DNA of 64,000 nt from a bacterium (lineage in GTDB: Bacteria; Omnitrophota; Gorgyraeia; Zapsychrales; Fredricksoniimonadaceae): contig JAJXTI010000001.1 in the NCBI GenBank assembly GCA_021783915.1, positions 1,540-65,539 on the forward strand. Reading direction: 5' to 3'. The notes beneath the pieces are model-generated. The model made no database searches, was not told the DNA's origin, and saw only the letters and a list, made by a program, of their open reading frames with translations. Position 1 is the stretch's first letter. The number at the start of each line of letters is the position of its first letter. Shown in pieces: positions 18,083-28,144 of the stretch. Position numbers and translations under genes: made by a program.

Positions 18083-18634
18083 TTAGTCGGCGATAACAGC
18101 TGTCAGAGGAACATCATGTTCCTCTATAGGAAGGCGATCAGTCAACTGAAAATCAAAGGCTAGACCAATAGTGGCTGTGTCCGAGGGCAGTGTTGACAGG
18201 AAACGGTCATAATAACCAGCGCCACGCCCCAAACGGTTCCTGGACTTATCAAAAGCAAGTCCTGGAACAATGACAACCTCAATGTCCTTTGGATCCACTG
18301 ACAGAGAAGCATCATAACGTGGCTGAGCTATTCCATAAACGCCATTTTCTAAATTTGCCAACTCCTTGGTTACTGTAGGAATCATTGTCCTTTGATTTTG
18401 CACCACAATAGGTAAACAAACACGTTTTTTCAGTTCGATAGCCTTATTTATCATCGCGAAAGTATCCACTTCACCCGGCAGGGAGGCGTAAAATAGGATT
18501 GTCTTTGCCTTTTGTATGGCCGAAAGTTTAAAAAGCTTGGCCGCAATAATCCGGCTTTTAGACTTCCTATCCTCGCTTGCCTGCTTATTTAGAAGCTCCA
18601 AATAATGCTTTCTTAAAGAGCTTTTATCCTTCAT
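18083..18634 (-). CDS. ygfA: 5-formyltetrahydrofolate cyclo-ligase
   Basis: VPGLAFD..RLGRGAGYYDRFL. Confidence 0.93.
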   Translation of the reverse strand: MKDKSSLRKHYLELLNKQASEDRKSKSRIIAAKLFKLSAIQKAKTILFYASLPGEVDTFAMINKAIELKKRVCLPIVVQNQRTMIPTVTKELANLENGVYGIAQPRYDASLSVDPKDIEVVIVPGLAFDKSRNRLGRGAGYYDRFLSTLPSDTATIGLAFDFQLTDRLPIEEHDVPLTAVIAD

Positions 18635-18715
18635 GTGGGCGCTATATTATCACTTTTTAAAAAAAAGCACAATAGTTGATTCTTAAGAACCGCCATTTAA
18701 AATTTTCCCTCAATC

Positions 18716-20038
18716 TTATTTTGTCTTTTTTCTCAGTTTTTCCAGGCGTTCTTTAATTCTAGCTTCGTAACCTTGCCCGGTTGGTTCATAATAAACCGCC
18801 TGCTCAGACATGTACTCTTGCGCAACATAATGTTGGGGATAATCATGGGCGTACTTATACCCCTCTCCACGCCCCAGTTGAGGGGCCCCTTTATAATGGG
18901 TATCTTTTAAATGCTTGGGAACAGCTTGTGTGCGTTTGTCCTTAACGTCGGCCAAGGCCTTATCCATGCCGAGGTAGACCGCATTGGATTTTGGCGCACA
19001 GGCCACATAGACCGCTGCTTGGGCCAATAGGATACGTGCCTCAGGCAAACCGACAAACTCGGTCGCCTGCATGGCAGAAGTGGCCACGACCAGAGCCTGA
19101 GGGTCCGCATTGCCTACGTCTTCGCTGGCGCAGATAACAATCCGGCGGGCTATAAAACGTGGGTCTTCTCCTGCATAAATCATTTTAGCCATCCAGTAAA
19201 GGGCAGCGTCCGGGTCCGAACCGCGCATGGATTTAATGAAAGCGGAAGCTGTATCGTAATGCTGGTCACCATCGGCGTCATACTGTACTTGTTTTTTCTG
19301 GATACTCTCTTCGATGGCTCTCGTATCTAAAATAATTTCTCCCTGGGCATTTTTAGGTGTAGTCAGGCAGGCAACTTCCAGTGCGTTGAGGGCCTTGCGC
19401 GCGTCTCCATCGCAAATTCTGGCCAAGAACTCCAACGCTGAAGGGGCCGGCTGAATGTTTAAAAACCCTATCCCCCTCTCCCTGTCTGCCAGCGCACGTT
19501 TAAGCAACACCATGACATCTTCTTTTGTCAAGGGTTGAAGTTCGAAAACCAATGACCTTGATAATAAAGGAGCGACTAGCACGAAAAAAGGGTTAAAAAC
19601 GGTGGCCCCGATGAGAACAATATTTCCTTCCTCGATATCGGGCATAAGTACGTCTTGCTGCGCTTTGTTAAAACGATGGATTTCATCTATAAAAAGAATC
19701 GTTTTCCGTCCCCCCATGCTTCGACGCTGTTGTGCGCCGGCGATGACTTTTCGCATTTCTTCCACGTTAGAAGAAACCGCATTGATCCTTTCAAAATGGG
19801 ACTGGGTTTTTTGGGCAATGCATAAAGCCAGCGTGGTTTTACCTGCCCCTGGTGGGCCATATAAAATTAAAGAAGAAATACGGTCGGCTTCGATAGCGCG
19901 GGTCAAAAGTTTTCCCTCCCCAAGGATGTGGCCCTGGCCAACATACTCCATCAAACTTTTAGGCCTCATCCGTGCGCTCAAAGGGGCATCTTGGGCCCCT
20001 GTTTCAATAGAAAATAGATCCTGGTTGGGGTTATTCAT
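18716..20038 (-). CDS. rarA: Replication-associated recombination protein A
   Basis: PLSARMRP, GPPGAGKT, DEIHRFNK, KSMRGSD. Confidence 0.95.
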   Translation of the reverse strand: MNNPNQDLFSIETGAQDAPLSARMRPKSLMEYVGQGHILGEGKLLTRAIEADRISSLILYGPPGAGKTTLALCIAQKTQSHFERINAVSSNVEEMRKVIAGAQQRRSMGGRKTILFIDEIHRFNKAQQDVLMPDIEEGNIVLIGATVFNPFFVLVAPLLSRSLVFELQPLTKEDVMVLLKRALADRERGIGFLNIQPAPSALEFLARICDGDARKALNALEVACLTTPKNAQGEIILDTRAIEESIQKKQVQYDADGDQHYDTASAFIKSMRGSDPDAALYWMAKMIYAGEDPRFIARRIVICASEDVGNADPQALVVATSAMQATEFVGLPEARILLAQAAVYVACAPKSNAVYLGMDKALADVKDKRTQAVPKHLKDTHYKGAPQLGRGEGYKYAHDYPQHYVAQEYMSEQAVYYEPTGQGYEARIKERLEKLRKKTK

Positions 20039-20150
20039 AAGCGTTTTGAATTATAACACTAAAAATATGGTTTCTTGTTTGTTTTTCCCCCTAATCCGTT
20101 TTATCATGATTTATACTTATAAAGACACCCGTCCCGGTCAACATTTGGTT

Positions 20151-21509
20151 ATGGTTCCTATTTCTATCAAATCAATTGAAGAAACTTCCGTCATACGAAA
20201 ATTTACCCTGCTTTTCCTTATAGCTTCTATCCTGCCTCTTCTTCTCCTTTGTTTGTTTTATCTTGAGTCTCTCCACAACGACAAACTCCCCCTGTTTATC
20301 AGCAATCTTAAACCTGCCCTTCTGTTGACCGTTATCGGTACGGGATTTGGGTATTGGGCCATGCGCAAAATCGTCTCTGAGTTTGTCCGGGCCACGAAAT
20401 CCAACCGCCAGGCCTTTTCAAAAATAATAGGGCAAGATCTTTTGCCCACTTCCGATGAAGAAACGAATGAACTCTTTTTGCTTATACGCACCTTTAACGA
20501 AATAAAGTCCTCGCTGGAAAAAGACATTCAACGTTTGGAATTGACCAAGCAAACTTTGAATTCTGTACTATTAAAAGTCAGCAAAGGGATCGCGTCAGCA
20601 AAAACTCTTGACCATTTTCTACAATTGATTATTGAAACCATTACCGAGGCCTTGATGGGGCGCGCTGGGAGTATATTTTTAATTGATAAACAAGAATTTT
20701 TCGTCAAATCCTCCTGGGGAGAAAACAGTGAATCTTTAACGGGAGTAAGGTTCAAGACAGATTCTCCTTTGTTTCAAGATGTCCTGCGCTCTAAAGGCGG
20801 ACTGATTATCTCTACCCCTGAATCTATTCTCCCTAGCGCCCCCTCTCAGGTCTCGGGTTTTCTTGAATTCCCATTGATTTGCTGTCCGCTGACTGTCAGC
20901 GACCGTCCAGTTGGCCTTATTTTGGTCTGCGGCAGAAGGATCCCGGAAGATTTTCAGGAATATGAACTGTCCCTGCTTAACAATGTGGCGGCCCAGGCGA
21001 CCCTGGCCATCAATAATGAAGAATTGAAACATCTCTCCCGTATTGACCCTTTGACCAATATATACAATTATCGCCATTTGGTGGAAACCCTGGATTATGA
21101 AATACACCGCTGCAAAAGATACCCTGAAAAGCTGTACCTCCTGCTGGTTGATATTGATGACTTTAAAGCCTATAACGATGCCTTGGGGCATCTTGCGGGG
21201 GATGCGTTATTACAAGAGATCCCTCGTGCGATGAGTCATCAACTGCGCATAAGCGATACCATTTGTCGTTACGAAGGCGATGAATTTTCGATCATCCTGC
21301 CACAAACAGACCTCCAGGGGGCCCAAACCGTCGCGAATAAAATAAAAGCATCTCTCGAGAACTCTGTCTTCGAAAAGAAAATAACAGCCTGCATCGGCAT
21401 CGCCGAGTGGTCCGAGGAGATTGACCGTAGAGAGTTAATGTTTAAGGCCGAAGGGGCCCTCTCCCAAGCCAAAAAAGAGGGTAAAAATAAGATTGTCGTG
21501 AGTCAATAA
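20151..21509 (+). CDS. Membrane GAF + GGDEF-domain protein (signature reads EGDEF)
   Basis: Two TM helices, GAF-like region, DPLT, DIDDFK, RISD I-site, RYEGDEF; start chosen downstream of rarA (20106 also possible). Confidence 0.85.
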   Translation: MVPISIKSIEETSVIRKFTLLFLIASILPLLLLCLFYLESLHNDKLPLFISNLKPALLLTVIGTGFGYWAMRKIVSEFVRATKSNRQAFSKIIGQDLLPTSDEETNELFLLIRTFNEIKSSLEKDIQRLELTKQTLNSVLLKVSKGIASAKTLDHFLQLIIETITEALMGRAGSIFLIDKQEFFVKSSWGENSESLTGVRFKTDSPLFQDVLRSKGGLIISTPESILPSAPSQVSGFLEFPLICCPLTVSDRPVGLILVCGRRIPEDFQEYELSLLNNVAAQATLAINNEELKHLSRIDPLTNIYNYRHLVETLDYEIHRCKRYPEKLYLLLVDIDDFKAYNDALGHLAGDALLQEIPRAMSHQLRISDTICRYEGDEFSIILPQTDLQGAQTVANKIKASLENSVFEKKITACIGIAEWSEEIDRRELMFKAEGALSQAKKEGKNKIVVSQ

Positions 21510-21512
21510 AAA

Positions 21513-21664
21513 ATCCCGCAGATGCCGTTGGGCTGGTGTAATGAGAACCATCGTTCTCAAGTGGGCGCCGGTATGTGGACGACTAGGCGTGCCAGCAAGA
21601 ACCAGCTCCCTCGTGTATTGTTTGTGGTTCAATACATCCGAACCCTGACGCACACCGCAGGATA
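21513..21664 (-). ncRNA. ssrS: 6S RNA
   Basis: Terminal stem ATCCTGCGGTGTGCGT...ACGGCATCTGCGGGAT with internal TGAACC, GGGAGC, GCCCACTTG; own promoter; upstream of rarA-ygfA. Confidence 0.8.
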
Positions 21665-21669
21665 ATTGA

Positions 21670-21697
21670 ATTATATCACGGAAGAACTTTAGTGCAA
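21670..21697 (-). promoter_or_regulatory. Sigma70 promoter of 6S RNA
   Basis: TTGCAC-16 bp-TATAAT with extended TG. Confidence 0.7.
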
Positions 21698-21704
21698 ATC
21701 GAAT

Positions 21705-21739
21705 AAAAAACCTCCAGCAAAAATTGTTGGAGGTCTTTT
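21705..21739. terminator. Intrinsic terminator after hppA
   Basis: ACCTCCAGCAA/TTGTTGGAGGT hairpin flanked by A/T runs. Confidence 0.7.
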
Positions 21740-21767
21740 ATTGCCTATGATCCTTTATTCGTTTACT

Positions 21768-24173
21768 TTATTTATCCGCGGTAATACGCATATCATAAAA
21801 TGACCGGCACACAAACACTAGGGCAATGGCAAAAAAGATAATGGCCAATACTGTGTCCAGCCCGCGGCTTAAGCCAATGGCAATTTCAATGGCTAAGAGT
21901 CCAAACAGAGTAGTAAATTTAATAGTTGGATTCAACGCAACCGAAGAGGTATCTTTAAAAGGATCCCCTACGGTGTCGCCAACGACTGTGGCGGCATGAA
22001 CCTCTGTTCCTTTTTCCTTATAAGTGACCTCGACGAGCTTTTTGGCATTGTCCCAAGCCCCTCCTGCATTGGCCATAAAGATAGCTTGGTACAGGCCGAA
22101 GATGGCAATAGAAATAAGATAGCCGATAAAAAAGTACGGCTCTAAACAAGCAAAGGCCAGCGTTGAAAAAAGGATAGTAAGGAACAGATTGACCATCCCT
22201 TTCTGGGCGAAAATGGTGCATATCTCCACGACCCTGGTGCTGTCCACTTCCGAGGCCCTGTCTGATCCTTCGAGTTTAATATGTGCTTTGATATATTCAA
22301 CCGCATGGTACGCGCCTGTCGTTACCGCTTGGATGGAGGCCCCGGTAAACCAATAAATTACAGCGCCCCCTGTCAAAAGTCCCAATAAAAACGGCGGATA
22401 CAATAACGAAAGGTTTTCTATGTTCATGGTCAGTCCGTGGGTGAGAATCATAATGATGGAAAAAATCATCGTTGTCGCTCCCACAACCGCCGTACCGATG
22501 AGCACAGGCTTGGAAGTGGCCTTAAAGGTGTTTCCAGCACCGTCGTTGGCTTCCAAATGGTGCTTGGCATTTTCAAAATTCGGCTCAAATCCAAAATCTT
22601 TTTTGATCTCTTCTTTGATATTGGGAATCGTCTCAATCAAAGAGAGTTCATAAATAGACTGTGCGTTATCGGAAACCGGGCCGTAAGAATCCACCGCGAT
22701 GGTGACCGGCCCCATCCCTAAGAAACCGAAAGCAACCAACCCAAAAGCAAACACGGCGGGTGCGAGCATGAGTTGGCCCATCCCAAACAGGCTTACAAAA
22801 TACCCCATGCCCATTAAACCCACGATGATCAAACCCATCCAATAGGCGCTGAAATTACCCGCCACAAGTCCAGACAAAATATTAAGGGAAGTTCCCCCCT
22901 TTTTGGAACATTGATAAATATTTTTAACATAGGCAGACTCCGTGGAGGTGAACATCTTGACTGCCTCGGGAATCAGAGCGCCAGCGATATTGCCGCAGGT
23001 GATGATGGTTGCTAATTTCCACCAAAACGTGCCATCACCCAAATGAGGGATCAAAATATAAGAAGCCAGATAGGTCAAAAAGATGGACATCAACGAGGTG
23101 ATCCACACCAAGGAAGTCAAGGGGTCCTCGAAATTCATGGTTGTGACATGGGCATAACGTTTCTTGGCAATCCAATTGTTGATTTCATAGGAGACCCCGC
23201 TGGCAATGACCATCATTAATCGCATGGAAAAAATCCACACCAGAAGCTGGGCCTGGTTAAAAGGGTCTTTAACGGCCAAAAGAATAAAGGTAATCAGGGC
23301 GACCCCTGTGACCCCGTAAGTCTCAAAACCATCCGCCGTAGGCCCCACAGAGTCCCCAGCGTTATCCCCGACACAATCAGCAATGACCCCGGGATTGCGG
23401 GCATCGTCTTCCTTAATATTAAGAACGATTTTCATTAAATCAGAACCAATATCGGCAATCTTTGTAAAGATACCTCCTGCAATCCTTAAGACCGAAGCTC
23501 CCAAGGATTCGCCGATGGCAAAACCTATAAAGCAAGGGCCTGCATAATCAGGGCTGATAAAAAGAAGGATGCTCAACATAACAAAAAGTTCAATACTAAT
23601 CAGCAGCATCCCAATGCTCATCCCCGCCTGCAACGGGATGCTGTAAACTGGAAACGGGTTGCCTTTAAGGCTGGCAAACGCCGATCTGGAATTGGCCAAG
23701 GTATTAATGCGCATGCCAAACCATGCTACCCCATAACTTCCGGCAATGCCGATCAGGCTACAGATGAGAATGAGAATAACCCTGCTGGCATCAAAATGCC
23801 GTAACCAGCCAAAATAAACCACCATCACTATACCAATGAGGATCTCGAGAATAAGCAGAAACTTGCCTTGCTGGATTAAATAGGCCTTGCAAGTTGTATA
23901 GATAAGCTCAGAGACCTCTCTCATGCTCTTGTGTACAGGCATTTTTTTGATCTGTCCATACTGGAACACCCCGAAAAACGCACCGAAAGCACAGACAATA
24001 AGCCCCAGCAAAAGGGCCAAGTGGCCGTTTAAGTTAAAAATCAACGGTACCATGGACAAATCCGGAACCTTTAGGTCCGCTTCCCCGGCAAAAGCCATGG
24101 ACGTATTGAGAAAAACAACGGCCAAAACCATAAACCAAGCATGTTTTTTTAAAAAACTGTCCTTATTGCCCAT
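21768..24173 (-). CDS. hppA: Membrane-bound ion-translocating pyrophosphatase, K+-independent signature
   Basis: GGIFTKIADIGSDL, EDDARNP, GNTFKA, GDTVGDPFKD. Confidence 0.95.
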   Translation of the reverse strand: MGNKDSFLKKHAWFMVLAVVFLNTSMAFAGEADLKVPDLSMVPLIFNLNGHLALLLGLIVCAFGAFFGVFQYGQIKKMPVHKSMREVSELIYTTCKAYLIQQGKFLLILEILIGIVMVVYFGWLRHFDASRVILILICSLIGIAGSYGVAWFGMRINTLANSRSAFASLKGNPFPVYSIPLQAGMSIGMLLISIELFVMLSILLFISPDYAGPCFIGFAIGESLGASVLRIAGGIFTKIADIGSDLMKIVLNIKEDDARNPGVIADCVGDNAGDSVGPTADGFETYGVTGVALITFILLAVKDPFNQAQLLVWIFSMRLMMVIASGVSYEINNWIAKKRYAHVTTMNFEDPLTSLVWITSLMSIFLTYLASYILIPHLGDGTFWWKLATIITCGNIAGALIPEAVKMFTSTESAYVKNIYQCSKKGGTSLNILSGLVAGNFSAYWMGLIIVGLMGMGYFVSLFGMGQLMLAPAVFAFGLVAFGFLGMGPVTIAVDSYGPVSDNAQSIYELSLIETIPNIKEEIKKDFGFEPNFENAKHHLEANDGAGNTFKATSKPVLIGTAVVGATTMIFSIIMILTHGLTMNIENLSLLYPPFLLGLLTGGAVIYWFTGASIQAVTTGAYHAVEYIKAHIKLEGSDRASEVDSTRVVEICTIFAQKGMVNLFLTILFSTLAFACLEPYFFIGYLISIAIFGLYQAIFMANAGGAWDNAKKLVEVTYKEKGTEVHAATVVGDTVGDPFKDTSSVALNPTIKFTTLFGLLAIEIAIGLSRGLDTVLAIIFFAIALVFVCRSFYDMRITADK

Positions 24174-24281
24174 AATAAACTCCCTCCCTATAAGACATCT
24201 AAACTATTATTTGAGTATAAGTATGGCACAGCCGTGGGAAGCTGTCTGTGACGAAAATCACTGGTTGGGTGAGCTCGATGT

Positions 24282-26306
24282 TTATCGTAAAATAGCGCCA
24301 AATTCGCCGGTGATGGCCTGGATGATGCTTTGATGCGCCTTATGAACTTCTTCTTCCCGCAGGGTCTTGGTATTGGACTGATACAAGCAGGAAAAAACCA
24401 ATCCTTTGTAGCCGGGTTGGATTTTATCACCCAAATACTGTTCAATAAACTGGACATCTACCAAAATACTCCCCCCTTTACTTCGGCAGAGTTTTTCAAT
24501 AGCCCCGTAAGGAATTTCTTTTTTGACCGCCAAAGAAACATCACGAATAACTGCCGGGAACTCGGCCAGGGGCTTATAATGAACGCTCTTGGCGGGTAAC
24601 GCGAAAACTTTTTCCAAATCAATCTCCGCAAAATAAACATCTTGATGTTTTATGTCCCAATTACTAAGGATAGCTTTATTTAATTTTCCGGCGCACCCGA
24701 TTGCCTCTCCTTTGACTGTCAGGATGCTGCCGTCAGATTCATCCAAAGACATCTGTCCTTGCTTTTCAAAAGAAACATCCACTCCTAAAGCACAAAAACA
24801 ATTTTCTAAAACCCCCTTAATGTCAGAATATTCCATCTGTTCTTTTCGTGAGAGACGCCAGTCCTGATAACGACTACCTGTTAGAAGCAGCCCCAGCGTT
24901 GTCTTTTCCCCTTGGGGTGAATATGTCTTGGCAATTTCAAACACTCGTAAGTTTTTCTGTCCCCGGTTGAAATTTCCGATAACCACCGGCATAAAAACAG
25001 ACAACAGCGACGGTCGCATCAATTCCTGGTCAACAGTCAAAGGATTAAGAACTCTGACTTGTTTTAAATCTTTTTGAAGGCATTTATTTAAGTCCTTGGC
25101 ATTAGTCATGGACACTGTGACAACTTCATCCACCCCGCAAGCCATCAAGGCCTGCCTTAAGGTTTTTTTAACCCGTCTAGGATGGTCATCAACAGTCAAA
25201 TTCTTGGCTTTGATTTGAGGAAGGCTTGTCGGCAGATGGTCAAACCCTATGGTACGAGCGACTTCCTCAATCAAATCAACAGTTTCTTTGATGTCTGAGC
25301 GAAAAGACGGTGGGTTGACCGTTAGCTTGTCTGCTTTGACAGAAACTTTAAAATCAAGGCTGGTTAAAATACGTTTGACCTGTGCCAAAGAGACTTTTAA
25401 TCCCAAGAGGGTTTCAATCTGCTCCGGAATAATTTGTATTGGTTTAACGGGTGTTTTTGTTACAAAAGCTGCGTCTGTACGGGCAGCCAATTGCCCTCCG
25501 GTTAAATTTAACAACAGGTCTGTGGCACGGTCGGCCCCTGCAAGGACTCCTTGCCAATCGACGTTGCGTTCGAAACGATAAGAAGAGTCACTGCGCAACC
25601 CCAGCTTGCGGCTGGAGCGGCGGATGAGCGCCATGTCAAAATGCGCGCTTTCTAGTAAGACATTCTTCGTCGAAAGAGTCACTTCGGTGTCTTTCCCACC
25701 CATAATACCAGCAATGGCCACGGGTTTAACCTCATCGGCAATGACTAAAACTGTCGGGTCTAATACCCGTTCAATGCCGTCAATAGTTATGATCTTCTCC
25801 CCCTGCTTGGCCCGGCGTACAATGATTTTCCCACCGGTGAGTTTATCATAGTCAAAGACATGCAGTGGCTGGCCTATTTCCATGAGAACAAAATTAGTGA
25901 CATCCACCGCATTGCTGATGGGCCGCAACCCCAAGGAATTGACACGCACCTGAAGATTGCCGGGTGAATCTGCCACTGTCACGTTTTTGATTAAAGTACC
26001 GATGTATCGGCTGCAATCTTTCTTGTCTTCAATAGATATGGAGATTTTATCGGCGGTCGGCTTATAAGATTTGACTTTAGGGTATTGGACTCTTTTGCCC
26101 GTAATGGCTGAGATTTCACGGGCCAGGCCTAAAACATTTAAGCAATCCGACCGGTTGGGTGTGATCTCCAGTTCCAAGACTACCTCTTCCCCGACGGTTT
26201 CAACCGCTTCCACTTCCCATCCGGCCATGACCAGGCGGTGGGCAAGCTCCTCGGTCTTGAGCTTAGGGTCAATATAATCTTTTAGCCAATTTAAGGGAAG
26301 CTTCAT
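24282..26306 (-). CDS. pheT: Phenylalanine--tRNA ligase beta subunit (short form)
   Basis: EITPNRSDC, RSDIKETVDLIEEVAR, FPAVIRDVS. Confidence 0.95.
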   Translation of the reverse strand: MKLPLNWLKDYIDPKLKTEELAHRLVMAGWEVEAVETVGEEVVLELEITPNRSDCLNVLGLAREISAITGKRVQYPKVKSYKPTADKISISIEDKKDCSRYIGTLIKNVTVADSPGNLQVRVNSLGLRPISNAVDVTNFVLMEIGQPLHVFDYDKLTGGKIIVRRAKQGEKIITIDGIERVLDPTVLVIADEVKPVAIAGIMGGKDTEVTLSTKNVLLESAHFDMALIRRSSRKLGLRSDSSYRFERNVDWQGVLAGADRATDLLLNLTGGQLAARTDAAFVTKTPVKPIQIIPEQIETLLGLKVSLAQVKRILTSLDFKVSVKADKLTVNPPSFRSDIKETVDLIEEVARTIGFDHLPTSLPQIKAKNLTVDDHPRRVKKTLRQALMACGVDEVVTVSMTNAKDLNKCLQKDLKQVRVLNPLTVDQELMRPSLLSVFMPVVIGNFNRGQKNLRVFEIAKTYSPQGEKTTLGLLLTGSRYQDWRLSRKEQMEYSDIKGVLENCFCALGVDVSFEKQGQMSLDESDGSILTVKGEAIGCAGKLNKAILSNWDIKHQDVYFAEIDLEKVFALPAKSVHYKPLAEFPAVIRDVSLAVKKEIPYGAIEKLCRSKGGSILVDVQFIEQYLGDKIQPGYKGLVFSCLYQSNTKTLREEEVHKAHQSIIQAITGEFGAILR

Positions 26307-26321
26307 GTTTTATTTTACCAA

Positions 26322-27329
26322 TCAAAACTGTTTCAAAAAACGAACGTCATTTTCATAGAACAAACGGATGTCCTTGATGCCGTGCTTAAGCATGGCCATG
26401 CGCTCAATGCCCATCCCAAAGGCAAACCCCGTATACTTTCCCGACGGATAACTAACGGCCTTAAAGACGTTGGGATGGATCATGCCGCACCCTAAAATCT
26501 CGAGCCATTTTTTCCTGGCCAACCCCAAAGTTCCGGCGGAAATGTCCACCTCTGCTGACGGTTCGGTAAAGGGGAAAAAATGCGGACGAAAACGCATTTT
26601 CACGTCTTTACCAAAAAATCTCCGGCAAAATTCGGTCAAAAGTCCCTTAAGGTCCGAAAACTTCACCTTTTCATCGACCAGAAAACCCTCAAGCTGATGG
26701 AACATGAATGAATGGCTGGCGTCCACGGCGTCAGGCCGGTAAACCCGTCCCGGGACAATGACCGCTAAAGGGGGTTTGTGTTCTTTCATGATTCTCACTT
26801 GGCCCGGCGACGTATGGCTCCTAAGCAAAAGCCTTCGACCCTGGGCGCTTCTGTCTTGCTGGTCTAAATAAAAAGTATCAAATGAGTCGCGGGACGGATG
26901 GTCTAAGGGAATGTTTAACCCTGTAAAATTATGGAACTCGGTTTCAATTTCCGGCGTCTCAACGGTCACAAATCCCAATTTCTCAAAAACAGAGACTATT
27001 TCATCGATGGTTTGGGTCAAGATATGCTGATGGCCTAAAACAGAGGAGGTCCCCGGCAGGGAAATGTCCACTTGTTCTGGTTTTATGGACGTGCTCGCCG
27101 TTTTCTTGGATTTTTCTTCAATCAGGTGGTTAACTAGTGTCCTCAGATCATTGGCGGCTTTCCCTATAGCGGCTTTTTCATGAAGCGCCGCGCTTGACAA
27201 AGAGGCAAAAATTTCAGCAACTATTCCCTTCTTCCCCAAATACTTCAGCCGATACTCTTCCCTTGATTTGGTATCGGTGATATCTTGAGCTTCTTGTTTA
27301 GCTTGCTGTTGAAGTTGGGAAAAATCCAT
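26322..27329 (-). CDS. pheS: Phenylalanine--tRNA ligase alpha subunit
   Basis: HPSRD, RSHTS, FPFTEPS, GFAFGMGIER. Confidence 0.97.
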   Translation of the reverse strand: MDFSQLQQQAKQEAQDITDTKSREEYRLKYLGKKGIVAEIFASLSSAALHEKAAIGKAANDLRTLVNHLIEEKSKKTASTSIKPEQVDISLPGTSSVLGHQHILTQTIDEIVSVFEKLGFVTVETPEIETEFHNFTGLNIPLDHPSRDSFDTFYLDQQDRSAQGRRLLLRSHTSPGQVRIMKEHKPPLAVIVPGRVYRPDAVDASHSFMFHQLEGFLVDEKVKFSDLKGLLTEFCRRFFGKDVKMRFRPHFFPFTEPSAEVDISAGTLGLARKKWLEILGCGMIHPNVFKAVSYPSGKYTGFAFGMGIERMAMLKHGIKDIRLFYENDVRFLKQF

Positions 27330-27350
27330 GACTTTAAGAAAACCCTGACA

Positions 27351-27386
27351 AAATCAAAGCCCCGCGCCAAGGCGGGGCTTTGATTT
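27351..27386. terminator. Strong hairpin after rplT
   Basis: AAATCAAAGCCCCGC / GCGGGGCTTTGATTT perfect 15-bp stem. Confidence 0.7.
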
Positions 27387-27405
27387 ATTTTTAATTTTTA
27401 TTAAC

Positions 27406-27903
27406 TTACGCCTTGGCAGCAGTTCTTTTGGATACTGATGACTGTTTATCTTCTTTGGCTTTGGCAGCGGTCGCTTTTTTTTCGCTTTTAGTCGGTGCTG
27501 TTTTTGCAACAACCGGCTTCCCTTCTTTCTCGACCTTCTGCGTTTTAACCGCAGGGGCGTTCTTAGCCGTCTGAACGATTTGGCCGAAAACATCAGGCGA
27601 AGTGATCGCTAAATCCGACAAAATCTTACGGTCCAAGCCGATATTAGCGTTCTTTAATCCGTTAATAAAACGGCTATACGAGATCCCCTCTTCACGGCAA
27701 GCCGCATTTAACCGGACAATCCACAAAGAACGGAAGTCGCCCTTTTTCTTTTTTCTATCATAATAAGAGTATTGACGGGATCCCATCAAAGACTTGATGG
27801 CTTCCTTATAACGCTTGCTGCGATCGCCCCATTGGCCTTTGGCTTCTTTTAATATGCGCTTTTTCCTTTTATGTGAATACACATTTGTTTTAATTCGTAC
27901 CAT
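27406..27903 (-). CDS. rplT: 50S ribosomal protein L20 with Lys/Ala-rich C-terminal extension
   Basis: MVRIK..FRSLWIVRLNAA..SYSRFINGL..LDRKILSDLA. Confidence 0.95.
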   Translation of the reverse strand: MVRIKTNVYSHKRKKRILKEAKGQWGDRSKRYKEAIKSLMGSRQYSYYDRKKKKGDFRSLWIVRLNAACREEGISYSRFINGLKNANIGLDRKILSDLAITSPDVFGQIVQTAKNAPAVKTQKVEKEGKPVVAKTAPTKSEKKATAAKAKEDKQSSVSKRTAAKA

Positions 27904-28108
27904 ACGGCAACAACCTCCTAATACGCTTAGCATCGGTTGCTGAAAGGTAACCGTCCTTGCGCAACTGACGTTTATGTTTACGGGTCTTCTTTCCCAAAAT
28001 GTGCTGACGACCTGCGTTGCGTTTTTTCAAAAGACCTGACTTGGTCATACGCAAACGTTTCGCCGCGCTTTTATTGGTCTTTAATTTTCCTTTTTTACCT
28101 ATTGCCAT
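27890..28108 (-). CDS. rpmI: 50S ribosomal protein L35
   Basis: KLKTNKSAAKR..HILGKK. Confidence 0.93.
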   Translation of the reverse strand: MAIGKKGKLKTNKSAAKRLRMTKSGLLKKRNAGRQHILGKKTRKHKRQLRKDGYLSATDAKRIRRLLPYGTN

Positions 28109-28144
28109 ATTCATTCCGTCCTTTTGTCCAATGACGCTGGAGCA

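Noticed and set aside
19602-20105. N-terminal extension of the 635-aa GGDEF ORF
   Set aside because: Overlaps rarA antisense and the intergenic region; the real start is probably 20106 or 20151
21435-21653. 72-aa minus-strand ORF
   Set aside because: Coincides with the 6S RNA structure
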